Shown here: in pieces, positions 26,557 to 38,500 of the stretch
Layout: each line of letters begins with the position of its first letter
How positions within the stretch are numbered: position 1 is the first letter of the stretch
Source: Harriotta raleighana
Taxonomy: Eukaryota
Direction: 5' to 3'
Assembly: GCA_050575255.1 (NCBI GenBank)
Contig: JBNZDD010013687.1
Location: forward strand, 847,024 to 911,023
Length of the DNA: 64,000 bases
Position numbers and translations under genes: made by a program
The notes under the pieces: generated by a model
What the model was told of the DNA's origin: nothing
Databases searched by the model: none
What the model saw: only the letters and a program-made list of their open reading frames with translations

Positions 26557-29500
26557 AGCAAACAAAATATACACAAGTAGCAATTTAAGGTGTGCTGACC
26601 TATTCTCCTCAGGGATATACACTGCCATCATCTGCAATGGATCCAGGCTTTGCACCACCCAGCCGTGACGATCGCTAATCCGTGCTGTCTCCACATTGAG
26701 AAATTTATTAGGCATTCTACTCCAGAGAACTGGTGTGATCATTTGCACAATAAGCCGAGGAGGGCACTGTGGGATCGGATTGCTTTCTTCACTTTTAAAC
26801 ATTGTCGCAGATAGAGGCATAGTGTTCTGTAGATGGAAGCAGATCTTATGAAACTGTTCTATACACAACAAGACCAAAGTGAATGTTACCCTTAAAACCC
26901 TTAATAATAATGTTTGTCATTTCCTTCGATTATCTTTACCTACTGCAACACAAAGAGTGCACAAGAAATAGGGAAAAAAATGCCCAGGGACAAACAAAAC
27001 TTAAATGGAGCTACAGATGGAGTCTTCATTAAGAGCTGGATGGAATCGATTTCACAAGCACATTTGTGGCTGGACATCAAAGAATGTACAGAAAAACAGC
27101 TGCAGAATTAGGCTATATTTAAAAAATTTCAAATTTGGATGTTCTTGAATGCTGCATAAATATAATAAATTGAGACCCAGGTGCAATTTCTCCCCAAATC
27201 AGAGTGAAAATTTCAGCATGCAAGTCTCTTGAGCCAACAGGCCGGAAATGTGCAAAAGCAGCTGTATTGAATAGACTGTCAAGATTGTTTCTCTCTCTTG
27301 TCTTAGAGAAGCAAGTTGGAAGGCACTACAGTTAACCCTAGTCGATCGAGGGATTTATGTTCCTGGAAAACTACGCACTCAACGAAATCGCTTTAGAGAA
27401 GCTTAAGAAGTAATGGGAAAAGGGAGGTTAGGGGAATCCAGTGGCAGGTTGCCCACCTCAAGCCTCCAGTACATCCAATGCAAGGTACCTACTGAGGCGA
27501 GCTACAGCTGGCTATCCCGCTCCTCGCTCCGCCCGCCTCTCCCTGCACTTGTTGCTCCCCCCTCCCCCAACTCTTCCTGCTCTCGTCTCTCCTACCACCC
27601 AAGAAGTGGGCAAATCAGGGCAGCCCGGGATGGAGGCAGAGAGAAATCGGGGAGAGCGGTGGGCGGTTGGGGAGGGGGTGGGAGGGAACAGAGAACCGCT
27701 CGGAGGCAGGGGGGGACTTGCGGAGGTGCGGGGGAGAGAGCCGTTCGTAGGCGGGGGCGATTCGGGAAGGTGTGGGGCAGTGAGCCGCTGGGAGGCAGGG
27801 GGGAACTCGGCGAAGTGGGGGGCAGCGAGCCGCTCAGAGGGCAGAGTGCTGGGGACACAGAAAGTTTACAGCGGCTTTGTTATCGCTTTATTGCTACAAT
27901 AGTGATAACAAAGCAGTAAAGCAATAAAAAAAAGCAATAAAACAGGGTAGATTAGCCTACATTGCTGTACGATTCCTGTCTCTCTTTCTGTCTCTTCTGT
28001 TTATGCATCGGAATCTCCAAGGCCAAAGCGTTATTCTATTTACCCATAACGCGGGGCTTCGGCTTCAGTTGGGATCTGCTGGCCTCGTCAAAAATGGGAG
28101 CAGCCAGCCGAGGAATCATCGGATTTAGTCGTGAACTATCGGCGCCTTCACCCGTGCGCACGCGCGCGGGGGCCAGCCAGCACGTGTCCACACGTTTTAC
28201 ACGCACTTCACAAAAAAGTGATGCTTTTGTTTCATCGCATATACTTGAATTCGCAATCGATAAAGTCGCCTTCAATGAGGGTTAACTGTACTTTCAAAAT
28301 AAAGTATGATGGCTTCATCGATAGAATTTCAAGAAGATTACCATTTCTTATGAAGAATGAAGGTGGTTAGTTTTGACAATGCATTTCCACGCTCCCCTTG
28401 TTGCTGACACAAGAAGTTTGTCCCTTTCCGACTTGGGAGACAGAGGCATCATGTAGGTTGGATCTGATGGCAACACTTCGGACTCAACTGAATACTTACG
28501 CAAAATTGCTCAAATCAAAGAACGATGCTACTCACTTGGGGGAGGCAAATGCCTCAATTCTTTACATGGCAAATTACTGTGAAAGTCATTCTCTAAAGCG
28601 AGGAAGAGAGAGAGATAGACTGACAACAATTCACTACAGCTGTTCTCACACATTTCACGCTCGTTGGCTCAAAAGCACAGCTGGCAGAGTCACGGGTATA
28701 GATTGTCTTGCTCGGACAATAGTGAATAGTTCAAAAGAATCTCCTCATTGGTAGAATCTTCCACTTGCAGAAATGGTGACAGTTTTATGCAGCCCCGGCA
28801 CGTCGCCTTAAACACACATACCTTCAATTTTCCAAGTTCAAACTGGAACATATTTGAACTCGTAGCTTGCATAAAAACTGCTGGAAATAGCTTTGTGTTT
28901 GGCTCAACCTGAAATAAATAAATCCCTGGTAAAAAACAAAATTGCTTTCTGTATAAACCTTAAACACACTCAGTACTTGTTTAACTTTGAAAATCATTTT
29001 ATTTATAAGCAGGAGGGTGGGGCGAAGAGAGGAGAGCTGAGAGGTAAAATTAAGTTTTTCCTTTCACCTCCAAGCCCTTGTTTTAGCTCAAGCGAAAGTT
29101 GACAACTGTAAATGATCCTAAGTGAAAAGTCTTCTGATTATCACAGCCGAGGTCCTACTGAGCATGACTCCATAGTGATAAACTCTCACAATTCGGCACT
29201 AATGAAGCAATCTTTGTCGGGATGACTGGGTGGGAAATGGAAATCTCAGTACTAGTGCACTAGAAAGTGTCCTTTTGGGGCTAGATTAAGACGGATTATT
29301 GCAGCAGAGAAGAGTTCTTCTCAATATTTGTTTATATTACAGTGCTGCTTTTTACAGAAATTGTGTATACAAGGTGTTGCCATTTACATAAACCCAAGTA
29401 TAGCATTAATATTTCTCCAATAGATCCATAGTTTAGACATATAAGGAAATAATAATATTATTACTAAGGAAATAATTCAGATGCCAGAAACACACATCTG

Positions 29501-32500
29501 CATCTTACAGCTTTGATCAGACACTTGAAATACTGTGTCATCTATGATCAAAGTACTTATGAAAAGGTGTAGGAACGAAAGGTTTATAGCAAGACAGTAA
29601 CAGCAATGGACATAAATCAAAGATCAATGTGAATTGGAAAAGAAAGCTAAATCTGACATCAATGGAAATGAACGCAGACTAACTCTGAACACATCATTCA
29701 AGTTATTATTAAAATTATGAAGGGGATTAAGTGGGCACATTGCACTAGAGCTGTAATAAGTCATGTCATGAACTGGCAAGGGACCAGGTAGCCCTTGTAA
29801 TTACTGTACTCACAAATTCTAAAGCAGGCCAAATACAGAGATACCAAGTGCCAGTAATTTCCGATACAGCAGGTATGATAATTGGTTACTGTCATGCACT
29901 TCCTAGATGTCAGTTAAAGAACATTAGCAGTGGGCTGGTCACAGGAGTTGGGCCTGTCTTCCCAATTGGGGGAAGATGTGGCACACAAAAAAAGTGTTTA
30001 GATAAAAAAAAAGTGGGGGGAATAAATAGAGTAGAAATCATCAAGCTGAACCCAGAAGAAAGCTAGTTTACACGATTAAATGCTAAGGAAATATTAAGGT
30101 AATGCAATACAACTTCTAATATTTTACTGGCAATAGTTGTCAACCTTTGGAAACACTGCTCCCCAAAGTAATGTGTATCAATGGTAGAAGAGTAAAAGAA
30201 AAGGCCAGATTCCTGATTCAACAGGGAGCAAATGGAATTGATTAATGCCAATTTGTGAGGGAGATGAAAATGATCCAAGCAATCCAGAACATGGACCTAA
30301 ATAATAGGACAATTCACATGCAATTGTGACCCTACTTTGTTCTCTTTTTCAGATTGTAACAGTTTTAAATAGAAAGTGTTTCCTATCAACTAAGGCAATT
30401 ACAAAATCCATATTTTTCACATTTCAACATTTTAATACGTGTTTTACTTAACATGTATTTGGATAAATTCTCTTAAGAGGGTGGCTCTGTCAGGAATTTG
30501 ACAATATGTTTTGGTAGCATAAAGGGAACTAAATTTCTAGAATGAAGCTTTGAACAAAACAACTACTTTGGAGTCCCGAAGGATAGTGGTTAACATGCTC
30601 GCCTTGCAAACGAGAAGATCTGGGTTTGATTCCCAGACAAGGCAAAACCATAGGCAAAATTCTTTACACCATACATCTCTGTTTACATGGCAGACAGTTA
30701 GTCGGTTGTTAGTCGATTGGTGGATCCCTTTAAAAAAAAGCTGGTCACTCACGACTGCTTGCGAGACACTGCTGTGCACAATAGGTTATCATGTTTCATC
30801 ACAATTGTCATCAAATACACAGTCAATCCACTTTACAATACATTCTGTTTTGAGCGCTTCGAATGCTGTACCAAATGCGCTGAGTATTATTATTTACCTG
30901 ATAGGAAGTATTAATATTACGTCCATTTGCTGTGAATGTTAACAAGCCAGTCGCGACATCAACGAGACAACCGATTTCAAGGTCAACATTACTACGGGTT
31001 GATCGTTGTAAGCTGCTGATCAAATCTCCTGCCCAAATCATGTAACAGTTACTGCGCTTGACGCTATGAACGACAATGGATGGGAGAAACAGATCTTAGC
31101 ATTCCATAATCCTCCATTTAAGATAACATCTGACATGCTTATTAGCAACGTTTTCATTGTCTTCAATGTGGCTATAGGTTGAACAGTTGGAGTGAATTAA
31201 TAAGACATTATCAACTATATAGCTCCACAGTGTTATCATCGCAATTAAAACATTAGGCAAATCACAAAGATCAGCCATAGCTTTGAGTCTCATTTGTGAT
31301 GAATGCATGTTGTGCTCCATTTATACACTAAACACCATCTATTGTAGCACTGGACTTGTCCTGGACACAAATCATTAACGCCCTCTTGTGGAAAATAAAT
31401 ATCTTTTCATGAATGTTGTTCCAATATTTGCCAATATTTTTAGTTTTTAACTTGTGCGATGAACATAGGAAATATACAGGAAATGTAAATGCCGGAAAAC
31501 ACCATTGTTCTCCAAATACTAATTTAATTCTTTAATTCGACCTCATAGCACTCAAAATTAATTCCTTTCCTCATTTCCTCATCCCATTTCCTTCTGATAT
31601 AAGCGACTTCTGATGGATATGGTTCCACCAGTCAACTTGCCTCCTTCCATTCCTAATCAGACACACTGAAGTCAATTGTAGTATTCTCACCAGTTGAAAT
31701 TAACTTATTTTAGCACAGGCAAGAGAAAAGTAAATCTACCCACTCCCAGTATCGCAGCTGTGATATGAGGAACTGGTGGGTGGTTGGCACCTATCGAACC
31801 AGAACCATAAACTACCTTGAATTCAAGGCACTTTAGGACAAGGGATGATGGTGATATGAAGTGTTTTACCACGCTGATAATCTCTCAAATTATTTTCCAT
31901 ACCTCTCATGAACTCGTCCTTTCTCATCACCCAGTGTGATGGTGACTGTCCGATGTTTAGATAAGTCAAATGTTTTATTGTAGTAATGGTAGTCTGGAGT
32001 TACCCAACCGACCCATGCATGAGATGGATCTTGACCAGCAAATATCTTCACTGAGTAGTAATACTACACAGAAAGAAAGAATGAACATTGATGAAAGGGG
32101 TTGGAAGATCTGACCTACAAAGATCAGCACCACTTCCTGCTCTCTCTCTCAAGCTACTCCTATCTAGCACACCAACAAAGATTCACAAGCAGAATTAGGG
32201 AACAGGGTCAGGGTGATGGAATATTTTTGAAACTCGAAAAAGGGAATGCATGTGACAGGTTTTTTGGGGGAAGAGTGGGGAACAAATGGTTGAACGTTTG
32301 CCTGCCAATAGTGGAATGGAGAACTTGCAGCAGACTTTGATGAGAGGGAAGGAAAGGGACTGCAGATGATCACAGGCAGTGTGGCCACATACATACAGTT
32401 CTTGTCTGATAATAAGAATGAGGATCTTCACGTCATTTGTCTAGGGAATAGGGTGCCACATACAGAGATATATTAATTGCTATCTTTCCATTGCTTTTAT

Positions 32501-35500
32501 ATTACCATTGTTGTTTTGGGATCATCTCCAGATAAGCCACAATCCAGCCTGGCACCCCTAAGGAGCATAAGAATTAAAAGGTTTTTCACAGGCTGTAACT
32601 CTGAGCATGCACCTTTCGCATCATGAAAATCCATATTAAACTTTGAGGTTAGACGGATGGATTTGTCTTTGCATTTGATAGCTCAGGACATTTGAAGTCA
32701 AAACTCTGCTGTCTTTAACGTAATATAAATCAAAATATCCTGATAACCTGTTTCAATGAAAGACATTGTAAGCAATATTTGGGGGTATTTCCCCACTCCC
32801 CACCCCGGTGTGTTGAATAACTTAAAAGACTAAGGTTCTTGTTACCAAGAAATCTAAATGTTCATATAACATGCAAAACAATACAACTGAGTTGAACTCA
32901 CCTTAGTTTAGTTTTTGCTGATATTGAATCCTTCTCAAGAACATCCTCCTCATGAGCCACATGTGGAATAGTATCACGTTTAAACACTGAATCAAAGTCA
33001 ACTGGCATGCTCAAGCGGAAGTATGCCAACTCAATAATACAGTTCTGGGTGCCAATGGTTTTGTGGGTGACTTTTAGACAGGGTGGGCTGTCGATGGTAC
33101 CATCAATCCTGGTTATCTATAAATTAGATTAAGTTACATTTATTCACATCTTAATAATGTTATACAACATTTTAATAAACATCTCTATAATACTTCAGTC
33201 ATTCTGCTTTGGTTTAATTTTCCGGAGTTTTGGCATGGAGAATTATTCTTCCCATGTATTGTCGTGTTCATGAATTGAGTTTCTAACAAGAATGGTGGGT
33301 ATGATGAAAAAGCATTCATTCAGAAGAGAACACTGATGATTGTTAGTGCAGAGTATCATTTAATTTTACGATGGCAATAATTTGGAGTGATTGTTAATAT
33401 TCATTTAATCTCTTATTCATATAAAATCACTATCTTACCTCGATGTGTTTATGATCATTTGGCACAGAATGAAATTGAGGCAGACGCTTGCTGAACCACA
33501 TAGCTACATCACGGTTCATATTCACCGCATATGGCTCAAAACCCTCTTGCAAACCACACATTGTGTAGTATTTGAAAGTATTTGCATCCTTTCCAAAGTT
33601 CATCCGACCTATCTGAGATAGGCCCAGACAGCAAATTGGAATGAAACCTTGTGGTTGTGAGAGAGTGAGGGAGGAAATAAAGAAAAAGGATTGATAAATT
33701 GGTCTGATGGTTTATCACATGCCAATTTGGAATCTGATGTCATAGTATTATTGGCAAATTGTTATACAAAACCTATAGTTTAATGTGCTGCCTGATTTTA
33801 AAAGCAATGTTGGGTGTGCTAATTGGTGAGCCAGATGCATTAATATAACAGGCTTTCAAATAAAAGCTTTCGACTTGCACATACTATTTCAGCTCCAGAG
33901 CATTGCCCTGGAAAGCACATTTATTAATTATCTTGCTTAATGTGTGTAAAGAATAACATGAAAATAATAGTTTACTTACTCTGTTTTGGTTCCCATTGAT
34001 AAAATAATAGATTGCAACAACATCCCAGTATTTTTGTCTCCGGATTCACTTTAGGATGATTACATTGTGTGACTTTATAATAATCCTACCATTTGATATA
34101 GTGTCTCAAGCACTTCATAGAATATACTGTAAAGTGAATTGTCTGTATTTATGTGGGTAAAACAGCCATAAACATCAAGCGTAGAAATTGCTTTTACATC
34201 AAGCAGTCATTCACTAATCTGACACCTGTACCAATTTAATTCGGTGATATTATTATGACATTCCCAACCTACCGTCTTCTCTCTCAAAATCAGTAAAAGC
34301 GAGTTCTGAGCCGCTGTTTGTGATGAGTAGTTCTCCATTCAGAGTAAAAACCATCGATTTATCATCCATATCAATCATGCATCCAACCACATCACCAGAT
34401 TGCCAGGTACGACCAAAGTAAATGCCACCTTGATGCCAACATTGGCCCTGGAGGTGAAGATTGAAACACGATTATTTTCATTGACCTTTATTTTTGCTCC
34501 ATTCATATACTGGATGCACCCTATGAAGAATTACTGGGGAGAAATTCCACCCAGGTTGCCATTGAGAATTTAACTATAAATAATAAAGTACTAATGCAAT
34601 ATTCTGTTATTATTTAGTCTATTATTAATATGGTTTTGTTAAAATAATTTTTAATGTTTTTAAAACAAAATTTAATNCAATATTCTGTTATTATTTAGTC
34701 TATTATTAATATGGTTTATGTTAAAATCATTTTTAATGTTTTTAAAACAAAATTTAATTTTTTTAAATAAAAACGCTCAGCTGCAAAACCGTTTACTAGC
34801 CAGGTCCTGTGGGTGCCAGATAAAACGGGGTTTTACTATACATTCAAAAAAAGGCTTACAATTTGCAATGATAATAATAACAGAATCTTTGACATTCCTG
34901 TCTGGAATAAATCTAAAATCCAAAAATCCATCCAATCAATTTATTTTTTGTACAACAAGAGAAGTTATTAAGCAGTGATGACTTTTAGTTACTTTGTCTG
35001 AAAATTTGTACAGTAATTTAGAACTACACCAGAGATATTAGAAATGAAATCTCACTGAGTTACAATTGTAACATAAAACTGTCCTTTGTTCATGTGCAGA
35101 GAAATTTGAAAACTTATACCATTTTTCTAATACAGTACCTAGAAAAGGGGTATTAAGGGTTAAATCCATGCACATTTTAAATAGATGTGTTTGTTAGAGT
35201 GTTTATGACAGTGTAGCAATATTCTGTGCAGGCTCTTTTAACAGTTTTGATGTGTTAGAGGTGGAAATGTCACCTAATTCATTGGAACACTGATCATTAA
35301 AGGACACATAAAACACAATTCGACCTTTGCACAAGCAATGATATCTATCTGTTATCAAATTGAGTGAGGACTAAAGTTTGCCAAGAGTTCAATACAAGAA
35401 TTGGAAGGAGGGGTGTTTAGCTGAGAAAATCCATATAACTGGTGTAGAGGATAGACAGGAGGCAATAACATCTGCGACTGGAATTTCAGTAAGAGAGGAA

Positions 35501-38500
35501 CAACTGCATATCATTAAAGGTGCAGATGGAAGGATATCATGAGTCCTGGGGAACCCAGACATGTGAACGCCAACTGTCAGACTTCCCATGTTTCATGCAA
35601 CATAAGCAAACGCCAACATTTCATCACTGAAAACCAGCAGCTGCCAGTGTCGATGACTCTACGTTATTGGACACCTGAGATGAACTTGGTACAAATGTGG
35701 CTTATGAATTCAGACACAAAGTGTCTGAGGCCAACAGCCTTGTTGGAAATGGCATTATGTCTTTCGATACACTAATATTGGGGAGGGGTTTTGCCTTATA
35801 CCTGTACCAGAGGTACTGGTGGCAAATTACCATTGTGGCTTTGACATATGCACGAGGACAATACATTAATTCTGGACATTGATACGATGATGAACACTCA
35901 TTGTAGGAGGAGGGGTAGAGAGATGGAAGGAGGACCTGATATACAAGTTTAGCAGTGGTTATGGTGTAGAATGGAGCAAAGGAAATTCTGGGGTGATTTA
36001 ACTTCAGTGGCATGGTCCCTGCAAAAGTAAAAGGGGCCACCGTAATAGGACACCAGGAAACTCCGATCTCTTTTCGAATTGTACCATATTTTACTGTCAT
36101 TGCTTAAAGGACAGCTCTGCAAATAAGAAGTGACTTGTTAGATCTCCAAAGGTCAGAATGGACTGCTCTAATATTAATAGAGAGCACTTTATTATGAAGC
36201 AAGCTTCGGAATTTCTTATCTGTCAGCATTACTGATATGCAAAATAATCTACCAATGCAAAAAAATTATTGAGTGTTCTATTCTTTGCCTTTAAAATTCC
36301 CCCATCATAATCTATAATGCTAGAGTCACTGTGCAAAATTCTCACAGAATGTTTTCCCCACAAGCCTGTTTTCATGGCTATGAAATCCCTCCATAATCCC
36401 TCGGCCTCACCCCCTCCCTAGCCTCCTTCAAGTCCCACCTCAAGACCCTCCTCTTCGTCAGTCCCATCGGTCACCCCAATTTCCCTCCGTTCCCTCCACC
36501 TTCCCCGATTCCCGACCCCAGCTCGGGTCCGAAACAGTGCCTTTTCAGCCTTGGGCCGTCCTCCCGACGTGAAAGGCACTATACAAATGTAATATTGTTG
36601 TTGTTATACCTTGTGTATTTAGAAATTGAAGCAAACGTCAGTCTCTTTCGACAGCCTGCCCTGTGCAATCAATGTCTGTTAGGCACACCAGTCACATACC
36701 TTGGAGCCATCAAAAACAAACGCGTGTCTGTCAGCGCCTAATTCTACATTGGGACTGCACCCTGGTCTTGCCCAGCCAACACGCATTTCTCCTGCCGTCA
36801 CTGCCTCGAATTCAAAGTACCACTTCCCGGTCTTGACTGCGAAGAATGTTTCCACTCGGAAAAAGCGGATCTTATCAAGGCTGAGTTTTTCCACCTTATC
36901 AGCTGCTGGAAATGTACAAAAGGAAAAATGTAATGCAGTTGACAAAATCCAAATTACAACAGTGCTAAGTCATTGGTGTGGTTGATGTATCCTAACTTTA
37001 ATACATCAAATATACTCTGTGTACATAATTCACTTATAGAATACACACTCATTACTATTTACAGTAAATCCTGTGAAGCGCTTTGAGACATCCTCTCAAC
37101 ATACAGTAAAAGGCATTATATCAAAAGTATAGATTGTTACTACTGTGAACACTGCTCTGGATTTTTTTTTTTTTACTTGTGGCTTTCTTTCATCCCCAAA
37201 TAGAAATAAGATTGAAGAACCAAGTAATCAATTTGTTGGTGATTTCTGAATAATGGCAAAATGATGGTGAGTTGCTCCTCTTATACAATATTCCACTCCC
37301 ACTGAGTATGCTTCTGGAAGCCAGTGACCAGCACACACATTCCATTTTATTAAGAACATCTTTGCTTAATTTTACCCAGGTTAGCATGGAGAGAAAAGAT
37401 GCAATTTAGTTTACAATTAACACTCACTTGTCTCCTGGTCTGATGGTTCAATGTTGTAGCCATAGCCAATTAAAGTGCGAATCGCTTCACGTAGACTGTC
37501 TCTGTTTGACTTTTTAGTTCGCTCATCGAGAAGACTGTATGGAACCAATCGTGGATTCCTTCTGTTTTTAATATCCTAATGACAGTGATAGGTAATATCA
37601 ATAAACAGATTCTATATCAATGTTCTTATTTACTTGCACCCATTGTAAAGTTCCAGGTTTATCAGCTTTTAATTACAACTGAAAATTATGATAATCTTTT
37701 ACATTCATTCAATGTCTTACATAGATATGCATACAAAGCCTGGCTCCTGGCTATTACATCTGCAGTTCTTACAAGGCTATATTTGCTAAAGGTTTGCAAA
37801 CATCCAAACAAGCTACTAATTATTTTAGGCCAATGGGAACATTTGCTAGAATGAGAGGTCTGTTAAACTGTTCAGAATACAGTAAAACCTTGTTTATCCG
37901 GCACCCAGTGGAGGTTAAATGGTTTACTGGTTGAACGTATTTAAAAAAAAAAAAAATTTATTTAACACATACCATAATAATAGACTAAATAATAATAGAA
38001 TATTGTATTAGTACTTTATTATTTATACTTAACTTCGCAATCGCAGCCCTCACCCAATGGAGGTAAAAAAAAACGCAACTTTTAAAACAGGAGCGAGTTT
38101 AGACCCGACTAGTGGCCAGCCGCGAGTACCTGCCCCAGTACTCGCTTGCGACAATCCATTCATTAAACGCGTCATCACTATTTGCTGGATAACTTCCGGT
38201 TCATCGAATCGGGACTATTTTTTTTGAGATGGCGGTTGAACGGGTTTTCCAGATCATTGAGTCATGGATAAACAAGGTTTTACTGTAATTAGGTTGCACT
38301 ATTCAGTGGCATTTGATACTAGGTTGAGCTGATACTGAAAGATGGTTTGGTGATAATCAAATTTGAACATACAAATATCAAGAGTGGCTGCTTCATTATT
38401 TTAATTATAATAATTTTGGGGAACCAAAATTAAACTTAATATCCCAGCTGTGTGACACCATAGTGAAATGTTGCATATATAACCGCTGAATTGATTTCTT

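Noticed and set aside
27413-28285. Several long overlapping ORFs
   Set aside because: Low-complexity G/P/R-rich frames caused by GC content inside a TIR element.
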